Below the pieces are notes generated by a model. It was given only the letters and a program-made list of their open reading frames with translations, was not told the DNA's origin and did not search any database. The translations under genes were made by a program, and so were the position numbers. Below, in pieces: positions 20,499 through 30,414 of a stretch of 64,000 bases of DNA (position 1 is the stretch's first letter; each line of letters begins with the position of its first letter). This DNA is from a virus. The stretch is taken from the IMG/VR virus record IMGVR_UViG_3300027744_000013, positions 32,001 through 96,000 of that record. One strand, written 5' to 3'.

Positions 20499-21680
20499 AT
20501 GACGACTATAGATAAACTTTTAATTAAAATTGTAAATCAATCGGATCCTTCAGTTGAAGAAGTTATACCAAAGAGAGATGCTAGGGTATTGCGTAGCCTA
20601 GCAACGGCAATTTTAACACCTGGATTTATCACAGAAAATCAAAGTAAACTACTAGTTAAGATTTTAACTGAACATACTGGTAAATTTGTGCAAAATTTAG
20701 ACGAACTTGTTGAGTCGTTAATAACACCAAGTTGGTCTAAACTTTTTAGAGAAGTTGATAAAACTAAAAAAATGTATATTTCATCGGCTGAGCCGTTACT
20801 TGTCATCGAATTTGCATTTTCTTCAATTATGCGGAAATCAGTAACATCTAGTGTTAAAAAAATCAGCGGTCTGGTACAGGTAGCAAGTGGCAAAGTATAC
20901 TCCGCCGACCTGACTGAAGAAAATATTGAAACACTGGTCGAACTACTACAACCAATGGGTTTTGAAATAGAGGAAAAAATCCTGGATTTTTACAAAATCA
21001 TAAAATCTTGGGAAAAAACTGAAGTTAAGAATCAGTTCTTATTAACTAACATTACGCACAGCAACTTTCAAAAACAAATTACGGCCGACTTGGGTATTAG
21101 TACTCCAATTGACGATAACGTCATTAGTGACCGAAGTACTAGGTACCAATATTTTCATGAAAAATCCGGAAAAAATCCGGAAAAATTGACCGAAATTTTA
21201 GCCTATCGAAATTCAACAAAGGTATGGGTTGATAGAAATAAATGGTCATTAGACGAAATTATTTTTAGCTTAACAGAGTTAAAACGATTGCCGGTGTTGG
21301 TTGTCTTTGATAATAACGATCCTAAAAAATGCCTGGCTGAGATGGCAATTTTACATGAAAGTTTAGAAAATAATTCAATATACGATAATGTTGGAATTTA
21401 TTTTAGATTACCAAACGACGAGGTCGGAAGTCAGTTTAATAAATTTATTAGTGAACATAGTTACAACTGTCAACTTGATAATACGACAAAAGTAGTTGGG
21501 GTGCAAAATGGAAAAATTCCGAAATTTTTCCTAAAAAATGAATGGCGGCCGATGAGTGTCATTTCTGTGGGAAATACGCTTCGCCAAACAAAAACATCAG
21601 TGTATGCAAACTTATGCGACTTAATAATTTCACACACTGACACACAACCAATTATTGAGACAAGGAACGTATGGGAGTAA
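20499..21680 (+). CDS. Hypothetical protein upstream of uvsW
   Basis: TTGACC-17-TATACT then ATG 6 nt later. Confidence 0.65.
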   Translation: MTTIDKLLIKIVNQSDPSVEEVIPKRDARVLRSLATAILTPGFITENQSKLLVKILTEHTGKFVQNLDELVESLITPSWSKLFREVDKTKKMYISSAEPLLVIEFAFSSIMRKSVTSSVKKISGLVQVASGKVYSADLTEENIETLVELLQPMGFEIEEKILDFYKIIKSWEKTEVKNQFLLTNITHSNFQKQITADLGISTPIDDNVISDRSTRYQYFHEKSGKNPEKLTEILAYRNSTKVWVDRNKWSLDEIIFSLTELKRLPVLVVFDNNDPKKCLAEMAILHESLENNSIYDNVGIYFRLPNDEVGSQFNKFISEHSYNCQLDNTTKVVGVQNGKIPKFFLKNEWRPMSVISVGNTLRQTKTSVYANLCDLIISHTDTQPIIETRNVWE

Positions 21681-23140
21681 AATTAGTTATACGAGATGAG
21701 GTTAATATTAAATTTGAGAATCTTCCATTAGATGCTCGAAAAAAATTAACTAATACATTTAAGTATGAAAATCCAACTGCACGTTATCAACCTGCGTACA
21801 AATTAGGACGTTGGGATGGTATGGTCAGTATGTTTGGTCTTGGTGGTAACGGCTATTTGAGCCAGCTAGAAAAGTGCCTAGAAATACTTGCAAGTTTACG
21901 TGTACATATCGAAGATGTCGAAGACTTGCGTACCACTGGTCAAATTGAATTTAAAGAAATTACAAATACTTACTGGGCAGACCAAGGTAAGGTATGGCCT
22001 AAAGGACATCGATTTGCAGGGCAACCTATTACATTACGTGATGACCAAGTTGAGGTTGTAAACCGATTTTTTACCAATACGCAAGCACTACAAGAAGTAG
22101 CAACTGGTGCTGGTAAAACTATTATGACAGCAACATTAAGTCACTGTGCTGAAAAATACGGACGTACTATTGTAATTGTTCCTAACAAAGATCTTGTTAC
22201 ACAAACAGAAGAAGATTATATTAATGTTGGACTTGATGTTGGAGTTTACTTTGGCGATCGAAAGGATCTAGGTAAGACTCATACTATCTGTACATGGCAA
22301 AGTCTCAATGTGTTAGATAAGAAAAGTAAGAACTGGGACTTAGAAAATGCAATAACATTGGCAGAGTTCCTTGACGGTGTTAAGACAGTAATTGTTGACG
22401 AAGTACATATGGCCAAAGCGGAAGTGTTGAAGAACTTGCTTACACAAAACCTAGCAAATGCACCTATTCGTTGGGGACTAACTGGCACTGTTCCTAAAGA
22501 TGATTTTGAAGCACAACCTATATATGCTAGCATAGGCCCAGTAGTTGGCGGCATTAAAGCTCACCAATTACAAGAGATGGGTGTGCTTAGTAACCTGCAT
22601 GTAAACATTGTGCAGATGATAGATTTACCAGAATTTAAATCATACGCAGAAGAATTAAAATATCTTGTTACTAGCCCCGAGCGATTAGCGTATATTGCAA
22701 AAATAGTTAAAGGCTTATCAGAAACAGGCAATACATTAGTTCTGGTTAACAGAATTGATTCAGGCAAGCAACTAATAGAATTACTCGATGATGCTGTTTT
22801 TATTTCAGGCGAAGTAAAAGGCACAAAGAGGACCGAGGAGTACAAAGAACATGCAACAAATGATAACAAGATTACTGTGGCGACTTTTGGTGTGGCCTCT
22901 GTTGGTATTAATATCCCAAGGATTTTTAATCTGGTTCTTCTTGAACCCGGAAAGAGCTTTGTCCGTGTTATACAAAGCATTGGGCGAGGCATTAGAAAAG
23001 CAGAAGACAAAGACTTCGTACAAATCTGGGACATAACCAGTACTTGTAAGTATGCAAAACGGCACCTTACAGCGAGAAAGAAATTTTACAAGGATGCCAA
23101 GTATCCGTTTACTATTACTAAAACGGACTGGCAAAAATAA
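21671..23140 (+). CDS. uvsW: SF2 DNA helicase UvsW-like
   Basis: ATGAGKT, VDEVH, GLTGT, QSIGRGIR. Confidence 0.9.
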   Translation: MGVKLVIRDEVNIKFENLPLDARKKLTNTFKYENPTARYQPAYKLGRWDGMVSMFGLGGNGYLSQLEKCLEILASLRVHIEDVEDLRTTGQIEFKEITNTYWADQGKVWPKGHRFAGQPITLRDDQVEVVNRFFTNTQALQEVATGAGKTIMTATLSHCAEKYGRTIVIVPNKDLVTQTEEDYINVGLDVGVYFGDRKDLGKTHTICTWQSLNVLDKKSKNWDLENAITLAEFLDGVKTVIVDEVHMAKAEVLKNLLTQNLANAPIRWGLTGTVPKDDFEAQPIYASIGPVVGGIKAHQLQEMGVLSNLHVNIVQMIDLPEFKSYAEELKYLVTSPERLAYIAKIVKGLSETGNTLVLVNRIDSGKQLIELLDDAVFISGEVKGTKRTEEYKEHATNDNKITVATFGVASVGINIPRIFNLVLLEPGKSFVRVIQSIGRGIRKAEDKDFVQIWDITSTCKYAKRHLTARKKFYKDAKYPFTITKTDWQK

Positions 23141-23147
23141 AGGAATT

Positions 23148-23654
23148 ATGCAAATATTAACATTAGATAACAAGACTTTTTCATTAAACAATCTACCCGA
23201 CGAGGTAGATGATAGTACTAGATTTGCAGTTCTAGATAACAGTGACCCTAAAGAACCCGATTTCTTTTTTATGCCGTTAATCTTTCTTGAGAGTTTTAAT
23301 GCACCTGCCATGGTATTAAGGATTGGCGAAGATGAAGTAACAATGCCCATTGATTGGTGTATTGCAGTGGGTGATAGTAGCTGTGCTACTGACATTGAAA
23401 TTCTACCTTTAACTAGTTTAAATGACAGAGGATTTGAAGCACTGGTGTTTAATCCGTTGAGCTCGTTTAGGGTAGAGTTTAAGAAGATCGAAATTGTAAA
23501 TTTTTATAACGATGTTAAATGGTATTTTCCAAAGATGAAAAATGGACAACTATTAGCAGTACCGACTCGCTTTAAAGAACAACCAGATTGTGCTTATTTT
23601 GTAAAAGAAATTAGCAGACAAAGTGAGATAATTCAGTTAGATAAAATTCTATAA
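23148..23654 (+). CDS. Hypothetical beta-rich protein
   Basis: AGGA RBS, ATG 23148. Confidence 0.65.
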   Translation: MQILTLDNKTFSLNNLPDEVDDSTRFAVLDNSDPKEPDFFFMPLIFLESFNAPAMVLRIGEDEVTMPIDWCIAVGDSSCATDIEILPLTSLNDRGFEALVFNPLSSFRVEFKKIEIVNFYNDVKWYFPKMKNGQLLAVPTRFKEQPDCAYFVKEISRQSEIIQLDKIL

Positions 23655-24244
23655 TGTTTAAAGATATTGTCATCATTAACGATGCTATTCCAGTAGCCCA
23701 GCAAATAGAACTTGAAACTTTATTTACTGGGCCTACTATCCCATGGAGCCTAGTGCCGCCTGGCGAAGAGCATAATTCAACAAGCCTATCCACTAAAGAC
23801 TCAGTTGATTATACTCAATTTGTACACTTAGTATTCTGGGATGAACACAGCATTGTATCTCCATCGTTCCCATTAATGGTTCCTATACTTTCTGCAATGC
23901 CTATCAATATCAAACAGTTACTTAGAATCAAAGCCAACGTTACATTGTCAAATAAAAATCGTCCATTGGATAGCTATGGCATGCCACATGTTGATTTTAC
24001 TCCGCCGGTAAAAGGACTTGTGACAGCAATATACTATATTAATGACAGTGATGGCGATACTGTAATGTTTAATCAACTTGGCGATAAGTTATTGCCAATT
24101 CAAACAATTACTCCAAAACGGGGACGCTTGGTAATGTTTAATGGTTCTCGTTATCATTCGGGTAATTGTCCAACCGGTGATAAGCCACGAGCTCTATTGA
24201 ACATTAATTTTTTACCAGTAAAGGAATATAATGGGATCACTTAA
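23654..24244 (+). CDS. 2OG-Fe(II) oxygenase
   Basis: PHVD, IYYINDSDGDT, H..N, R...NINF. Confidence 0.8.
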   Translation: MFKDIVIINDAIPVAQQIELETLFTGPTIPWSLVPPGEEHNSTSLSTKDSVDYTQFVHLVFWDEHSIVSPSFPLMVPILSAMPINIKQLLRIKANVTLSNKNRPLDSYGMPHVDFTPPVKGLVTAIYYINDSDGDTVMFNQLGDKLLPIQTITPKRGRLVMFNGSRYHSGNCPTGDKPRALLNINFLPVKEYNGIT

Positions 24245-24521
24245 ACCTGGCGCAACATACATATATGAGCGTGACAGAGAAACAGTCTACGCTCGAGAAT
24301 TTGGTGCAGACCCAAGTACTAGACAAGTAGTCGGATGGGATTATGATAAAGAACATCCAAAGTTTGATCCTCGGACCAATGATGGCAGACCGTTACTTGA
24401 TCATATAATGGACAGCAAAATGTGGGGCGAAATTCGGCGAGAAGCACGTACCAATGTGACTTTACAAAAGGCTCTGGATCGTGTTATAATGATATACAAA
24501 TTAAGCAAGGACAAAATATAA
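24231..24521 (+). CDS. Hypothetical protein
   Basis: Coupled ORF. Confidence 0.6.
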   Translation: MGSLKPGATYIYERDRETVYAREFGADPSTRQVVGWDYDKEHPKFDPRTNDGRPLLDHIMDSKMWGEIRREARTNVTLQKALDRVIMIYKLSKDKI

Positions 24522-25174
24522 TGGCTTTACATATTGCATATTTTCAACCAACAATTTTTGCAATTGACACAGTTGCGCCGGTTGAATTTAGTAGAATTTT
24601 TAACTTAACTGAACAGTTACATGCGCATCCAGAGTTAGATGATGCATCCAATCCGTATACTAGTGTTCGTGGAGGACAGCAAATACAAGTATACCCAAAC
24701 GATCTTAACATTGATACTAGTTGGCTTGTTGCATACTTAGAAACAATGTGTAAAGGCTACATGGAAATTGTTTCTAAACAGAGTACAACAAAAGATTTAG
24801 ACATGTGTAGACCCGTTGTTACTAGCATTTGGACTATTAGACAATCCCAAGGACAGTATCAAGAATTGCACAGTCATCCAGGTGGAAATCTAAGCGGAAA
24901 CATTTATATCACTGCACCCGAGCTTACATTAGATAGTAATCCAAGTGACTCACAAATTGCATTTAGAATGCCGCAAACAAGAGACGTTACTAAATTTATG
25001 ATGTCAGATATATGGAAGTACAGCCCAACTCCAGGTTCGATTGTTCTGTTCCCAAGCCATATACCACATACCGTTTATCCGTGGAAAGGTATGGGATATC
25101 GTACTGTGTTAGCGTTTGATGCTAGATTAGTTCCTAAAGACGAAGTGTTAGAAACAGAGCAACCAAATGAGTGA
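24521..25174 (+). CDS. 2OG-Fe(II) oxygenase-like
   Basis: HSH, SGNIY, LFPSHIPH.V.P, RTVLAFD. Confidence 0.8.
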   Translation: MALHIAYFQPTIFAIDTVAPVEFSRIFNLTEQLHAHPELDDASNPYTSVRGGQQIQVYPNDLNIDTSWLVAYLETMCKGYMEIVSKQSTTKDLDMCRPVVTSIWTIRQSQGQYQELHSHPGGNLSGNIYITAPELTLDSNPSDSQIAFRMPQTRDVTKFMMSDIWKYSPTPGSIVLFPSHIPHTVYPWKGMGYRTVLAFDARLVPKDEVLETEQPNE

Positions 25175-25649
25175 AAAAATTGAATTAAAAGAGAAACTGT
25201 CGGCTGTTGATCAAAATGTCCGCGAGCTGTGGGACGCTATGGATGCAGACCAGCAGAAATCTCTTAAGAACGAATATTTTATTCTTAATCGTTATATTAG
25301 CAACGTGCAAGGACAAAAGCGTGAAATTCAAGAACACTTTGTACTAACTGTCAATGAGTATTTTAATAAGAACTGGAATCTTTTACAGAAGCATCCTAAA
25401 CTTATGTGGCTACTGTTGTGTATGTGTAGTCATAACGGAGAGACTGTATACTTCCATCAATGGTTAGGAAATAAAAAGAAAGATGCCGCAAATAGCAACA
25501 AGCGAGTTAAATTCTTAGCTGAAATTTATCCTAATAAAAAAATGGATGAGGTTGAAATGCTGGCTCAGCTAACTACAGATAAAGAGATGAAGGCCCTTGC
25601 TAAAACATACGGCATGGATGATGCAACGATCGCAAAGAAATTTAAATGA
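25167..25649 (+). CDS. Probable clamp-loader small subunit (gp62-like)
   Basis: FILNRYIS, FHQWL, LAEIYP; helical; replication module. Confidence 0.55.
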   Translation: MSEKIELKEKLSAVDQNVRELWDAMDADQQKSLKNEYFILNRYISNVQGQKREIQEHFVLTVNEYFNKNWNLLQKHPKLMWLLLCMCSHNGETVYFHQWLGNKKKDAANSNKRVKFLAEIYPNKKMDEVEMLAQLTTDKEMKALAKTYGMDDATIAKKFK

Positions 25650-26338
25650 TGGCTGTGGAAGAACAAACGTATACTTGTCAGTATTGTAGTAATAAATTTA
25701 CTAAAGAAAAAACGTTAGCTGTGCATGTATGCGAGCAAAAACGCAGGGCACTGGCTAAGACTGAAAGACATGTTGTTCTTGGATACGATACATATAACAA
25801 ATTTTATAGGATGAGTCAAAACTCTAAAGTTGACAAGACCTATGACGAGTTTGCTCATAGTTCGTATTATAATTCGTTTGTTAAGTTTGGTAGTTTTGTC
25901 TCTAATGTTAATCCGTTATATCCAGACAAGTTTATAAATTATGTAGTGACTAGTGGTGTTAAATTAGATCACTGGTGTAGAGATGAATTGTATGAAAAAT
26001 ACGTTCTACACTTGATTAAAACAGAACCGGTTGAAGTTGCACTAGAGCGTAGTATTAGTCATATGCTAACCTGGGCAGAAGACCAAGGAAGTGTATGGAA
26101 TCATTATTTTTTATATGTTAGTCTAAGCAGAGCTACGTACGACATCAAAGATGGTAAAATTAGTCCTTGGCTTGTACTAAATTCAGCAAATGGTAAATCA
26201 ATGCTGAAGAAGATGGGTGATGATCAGCTATCTGCAATAAGTAATATTATAGACTTGCAATTTTGGCTTAATAAGTTTAAGCAAAAGTCGGCAGATGCTG
26301 ATTTAGTCAAGCAAGTTGTTAAGGAATCTAACATATGA
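25646..26338 (+). CDS. Zn-finger protein
   Basis: YTCQYCSNKF...L..H.C. Confidence 0.65.
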   Translation: MMAVEEQTYTCQYCSNKFTKEKTLAVHVCEQKRRALAKTERHVVLGYDTYNKFYRMSQNSKVDKTYDEFAHSSYYNSFVKFGSFVSNVNPLYPDKFINYVVTSGVKLDHWCRDELYEKYVLHLIKTEPVEVALERSISHMLTWAEDQGSVWNHYFLYVSLSRATYDIKDGKISPWLVLNSANGKSMLKKMGDDQLSAISNIIDLQFWLNKFKQKSADADLVKQVVKESNI

Positions 26339-26526
26339 AAACGAATCATGTAAGTCCTAATCCAGATGCATTACAGCTTGAATTGCAAGTAATCGTGTCA
26401 GAAGAAGATAATTCGGTTTACGTAAAGTTTATAGGATTTGATACTATTGAAGAAGCTGACAAGTATGCCGACCACTTAACAGAACACTTACCTTTATTAC
26501 TTTTTGAATCAGAGATAAAACACTAA
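26335..26526 (+). CDS. Hypothetical protein
   Basis: Coupled 63-aa ORF. Confidence 0.55.
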   Translation: MKTNHVSPNPDALQLELQVIVSEEDNSVYVKFIGFDTIEEADKYADHLTEHLPLLLFESEIKH

Positions 26527-27104
26527 TGCCAGATATTGATATTGACTTTGCAGACAGAACAACCGCACTTAAAGTGTTTAAGAATGTCACGGCTGCAATC
26601 AGCGACAACGGAACTTTTAAAAAGCACAATACTGGAATATATTGTACTGCGATCCCGTACAATCCAATTACAGGAATAAGTACGATAGAGTATAAACAAG
26701 CAGAAGAACGAGGTTATTTTAAGTTAGACTTTTTAAATGTTAGTGTCTATGAAGGTGTAAAAGATAGGACACATTTACTCAAGTTAATGGAGACTGAACC
26801 GTTATGGGATCTACTGGAGCAAGACGACTTTACCCAACTACTATTCCATGTGAATGGGCATGGGTCTATTCTGAGACAAAGCAAGCCAAAGTCTATAGAG
26901 CAATTGGCCGCAGTACTGGCGATGATCAGACCCGCGAAACGTTATCTGATTGGGAAAGATTGGACTACGGTGATGAACGAAGTGTGGACGAAACCCGAGA
27001 ATAATGAGTATTACTTTAAAAAAGCACATGCTATTGCTTACGCACATGTGGTGGTAGTGCAGATGAATCTAATCTGTGAAAGTATAAGCTACGAGTTTAG
27101 TTAA
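26526..27104 (+). CDS. Miniature DnaE/Pol III alpha-like protein (catalytic core only)
   Basis: MPDIDIDF, KHNTG, GYFKLDFL, AMIRP, YYFKKAHAIAYA. Confidence 0.8.
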   Translation: MPDIDIDFADRTTALKVFKNVTAAISDNGTFKKHNTGIYCTAIPYNPITGISTIEYKQAEERGYFKLDFLNVSVYEGVKDRTHLLKLMETEPLWDLLEQDDFTQLLFHVNGHGSILRQSKPKSIEQLAAVLAMIRPAKRYLIGKDWTTVMNEVWTKPENNEYYFKKAHAIAYAHVVVVQMNLICESISYEFS

Positions 27105-27475
27105 CGAGTTTTTCGCACTAACTGTACTGATTTACGCTTTACACGCTTGAGTGTTAGATTCATCAAATTAACAACTGGACCTAGTATTACTCTAACATCC
27201 TTACTGTTAAAAGTTTTAACAGCATAAGCAAAGGGTAGTATTTGATCACGACAAATAATGCTAATTGGAAATTGTCTGTTTGATTCCCACCACCAAGTTT
27301 CTCCTATTTCTAAAAATAGGGTTTTTTCTTCTGGGGACTTTATTGCATTTAAATCGTAGAAGCTAGTAACAAATTGGTCTTGATTAATAATTATACCAAC
27401 GTATTCTTCTTCGCCGTAGTTTAATACGCTGATAAAGGGTAATTGTTGTTCGATGTTGTCTCTTAGTTTTGCCAT
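27101..27475 (-). CDS. Hypothetical protein
   Basis: YVGIIIN, WWWESNRQFPI; fills gap between + genes. Confidence 0.7.
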   Translation of the reverse strand: MAKLRDNIEQQLPFISVLNYGEEEYVGIIINQDQFVTSFYDLNAIKSPEEKTLFLEIGETWWWESNRQFPISIICRDQILPFAYAVKTFNSKDVRVILGPVVNLMNLTLKRVKRKSVQLVRKTR

Positions 27476-27500
27476 AAATAGTATATAAAGGTCCTGCCAG

Positions 27501-28337
27501 ATGCAAAAAATATCAAGTTATTTATATCCAAATAGAGTACAGCTATTAGCCGATCTGGCAGGATTTACTACGGAGTATACAAACGTGTATCAGAGAACAG
27601 TAAAAATATATAATGGTATTGATAATACTATCGAGTTCGACATTAAGAATGCCGACCAAAAGCGCATTAACCTAAGCACACTTTCTATAATTGAACTTAA
27701 TGTTATGGATTCTCAAGGTAATGCACTATCGAACAGTCCGTACACCGTTACTCCGTTAAATCAAACTACGCACAAGGGTATTAGTACAGTTACTATCCCA
27801 CAAGATGATTTAGTAGAGTTACAAGATCAATTTTTGCGATATAGTGTTACCGCAGTTAAAGACGGCAATGATATCATACTATACGGCGATTCAAGATTTG
27901 GAGCAGTTGGCACAATTGAATTGATTGGTAATGCTATGCCTACCTTTAGAAACGAGCGAGTATACAAAGACTTTTCAGCAGAAATGAATTTAGAAGGTCT
28001 TCCTATTCGTAAGTCTAGTTCAATTCCAACTACATTTTACGAAGCTGAAAAAACAACTTCATTAGACTTTGAAATTGCATATACGGGATTTAAAGGCACA
28101 ATTTGGATTGAAGGTACTACTGAATCAACTATTACTACCGAAGCATTTAAACCAGAAGTTCGAATTTATGAGTTTCCAGAACTAACGGTAGCCGCATCTG
28201 GAACATTCACAGTGACCATGGATATCGGTGAATACAAATATTTTAGAGTTAGATATCTTAACTCAAGATTGGCAGATGTTACTGGCACTAATTCGTCCGG
28301 AACAACCGGAAAGGTTGACAAAGTAACCGTAAGTTAA
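27501..28337 (+). CDS. Hypothetical beta-rich, probably structural protein
   Basis: TAAATA upstream; Thr-rich. Confidence 0.55.
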   Translation: MQKISSYLYPNRVQLLADLAGFTTEYTNVYQRTVKIYNGIDNTIEFDIKNADQKRINLSTLSIIELNVMDSQGNALSNSPYTVTPLNQTTHKGISTVTIPQDDLVELQDQFLRYSVTAVKDGNDIILYGDSRFGAVGTIELIGNAMPTFRNERVYKDFSAEMNLEGLPIRKSSSIPTTFYEAEKTTSLDFEIAYTGFKGTIWIEGTTESTITTEAFKPEVRIYEFPELTVAASGTFTVTMDIGEYKYFRVRYLNSRLADVTGTNSSGTTGKVDKVTVS

Positions 28338-28350
28338 GTATAATAGTGCT

Positions 28351-29364
28351 ATGAGTCTCATAGCCGATACATTACTACAACACTTACCCGGTAAACGAAA
28401 ACAGACCCCAAGCGGCTGGATAAGTTTCAATGCCCCGTGTTGTGATGACAAACGCCAACGTGGCGGCTTTATTATCAATGGCGGCGATGCAGTATCTTAC
28501 CATTGTTTCAATTGCGGATTTAAAGCAAGCTGGCAACCTGGTAGAACTATTAGTCAAAAAATGAGTAAACTAATGCGTGACCTTAATATGGGTGACGATA
28601 CAATTAGCCAACTTAGATTAGAAGCCCTTAGACTAAATGACAACTCGAATACGGTAATAACAAGTGTTATTCCAAAGTTTGAAACAAGAGCATTGCCACT
28701 GGATGCTATTAGTTTTGAAGAGTTAGATACATTCTTAAAACTTCCAGATGGTGACTATGCTGTTCCAACAAAATTTACCGAAGCAGTTGGATACTTGGTA
28801 GAAAGAAAGATTGATCCGTTTGCTTATCCGTTTTATTGGGCTAACAAAATAGGATTCAACAGCAGACTTATTATTCCGTTTTTATTCAAAGGTGTCATTG
28901 TTGGATGGACTGCCCGTGCTTTCAATGATGCTAAACCCAAGTATCTAAGTGAACAGCAACCTGGTTATGTGTTTAACTTAGACCGTCAAACTAATGAAAG
29001 AAATTTCGTAATTGTTAGTGAAGGGCCGTTTGATGCACTAAGTATTGATGGGTGTGCTTTATTAGGTGCTGAGATTAAAGACAGCCAGAACTGGTTACTA
29101 AAACAGCTGGGCAAAGAAATTGTGCTAGTACCAGATAGAGACCATGAAGGCCCACGGACTGTTGAACAAGCATTAGAGTTCGGCTGGAGTGTAAGCATGC
29201 CAGATTGGCCTGAAGATGTCAAAGATATAAACGATGCAGTGGTTAAGCTGGGCAAACTTGCCACACTATGGCTTATAACTAACGCAAAAGAATCAAATAG
29301 TCTTAAGATTCAACTTAGGGCAAAGAAGTGGTTTCCAAAGGATCAAAATGAAAAAAATAATTGA
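28351..29364 (+). CDS. DNA primase (gp61/DnaG-like)
   Basis: Zn finger with YHCFNCG; TOPRIM SEGPFDA, PDRD..G, KDINDA. Confidence 0.92.
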   Translation: MSLIADTLLQHLPGKRKQTPSGWISFNAPCCDDKRQRGGFIINGGDAVSYHCFNCGFKASWQPGRTISQKMSKLMRDLNMGDDTISQLRLEALRLNDNSNTVITSVIPKFETRALPLDAISFEELDTFLKLPDGDYAVPTKFTEAVGYLVERKIDPFAYPFYWANKIGFNSRLIIPFLFKGVIVGWTARAFNDAKPKYLSEQQPGYVFNLDRQTNERNFVIVSEGPFDALSIDGCALLGAEIKDSQNWLLKQLGKEIVLVPDRDHEGPRTVEQALEFGWSVSMPDWPEDVKDINDAVVKLGKLATLWLITNAKESNSLKIQLRAKKWFPKDQNEKNN

Positions 29365-29461
29365 CTTTCTATTAACTCCCTGGACATGGTACCAGGATCG
29401 CCGTGCGTTTAAAAAACGCCTAAAAGAATTACGCAAACGTGACCCGTTTATTTACAAATGA
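29348..29461 (+). CDS. 37-aa peptide coupled to carbamoyltransferase
   Basis: Read manually: MKKIIDFLLTPWTWYQDRRAFKKRLKELRKRDPFIYK; ATGA overlap with next gene. Confidence 0.65.
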   Translation: MKKIIDFLLTPWTWYQDRRAFKKRLKELRKRDPFIYK

Positions 29462-30396
29462 TACTTTGGGGCGTCAACGCATTAAATCACGGGCATAGTA
29501 TTGCTGTCTTTAAGGACGGCCAATTTGTCGATAACTATACTGGCACAAGCGATCAACTTGAAAGTGAAACCACTTTGAAATCGCTAGCACCAGGAAGTCC
29601 TGACAGGATATTTTGGTATGAAAATCCTTGGTTAAAGAAAGCTAGACAACTGTATGCTGGCCAATACAGTACAGCAATGAAGATAAGTGTACTGCCAAAA
29701 CGCTACATGCGATCATATCGATATGCTCCAATTACCTATACTGCCCACCACGCTAGTCATGCGGCGGCAGGATACTACACTAGCCCATTCAACCATTGCG
29801 CCATTGTTGTACTGGATGCCATTGGCGAGTTTGAGTGTGCTACTATTTGGCAAGGCCAGCACGGTGAAATGCGTAAGGTATGGAGTCGTTGGTATCCAAA
29901 TAGTCTTGGATTGTTCTATAGTGCATTTACACAACTAGTGGGATTAACACCTATACGTGATGAGTATTTGTTGACTCAAATGGCTGAACAAGGCGATGCC
30001 AGTGTGTACTATCAAGACGTTATGGGTTATATGGCGGGAATAGTTGAAGCCAAACAAAACATGCACAGGGGCATTAACAATTGGCCCCATGTGATTAGCA
30101 ACATACAAGATCAATGTAATATTGCCGCGGCAGTACAGCAAATATTCCAGAATCAAGTTGCACAAGTTATGGACACGGCCCTTGAGCTAACCAATGCCGA
30201 TTGCCTAGTTTACATGGGCGGATGTGCTATGAACAAGAGTGCCAACACCAATGTGGTTGAGCCCCGATTCAAGCACATATGGTCATTGCCCAATCCTGGT
30301 GACCCTAGCAGTTCAATTGGTGCTGTCACATATCATACTAAACAGCGAGTCTGGCGCACATGGGATCCAGTCAAACATATTGCTATCAACGTTTAA
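29458..30396 (+). CDS. Carbamoyltransferase (NodU/CmcH) Kae1-like domain only
   Basis: HHASHAAAGYYTSPF, VLDAIGE, SLGLFYS, MGGCAMN, PNPGD. Confidence 0.85.
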   Translation: MILWGVNALNHGHSIAVFKDGQFVDNYTGTSDQLESETTLKSLAPGSPDRIFWYENPWLKKARQLYAGQYSTAMKISVLPKRYMRSYRYAPITYTAHHASHAAAGYYTSPFNHCAIVVLDAIGEFECATIWQGQHGEMRKVWSRWYPNSLGLFYSAFTQLVGLTPIRDEYLLTQMAEQGDASVYYQDVMGYMAGIVEAKQNMHRGINNWPHVISNIQDQCNIAAAVQQIFQNQVAQVMDTALELTNADCLVYMGGCAMNKSANTNVVEPRFKHIWSLPNPGDPSSSIGAVTYHTKQRVWRTWDPVKHIAINV

Positions 30397-30414
30397 AGAG
30401 TATATAATAACTAC

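Noticed and set aside
23148-23654. Free-standing intein/Hint domain after uvsW
   Set aside because: Beta-rich, but no N-terminal Cys/Ser or C-terminal His-Asn; not supportable without a profile search
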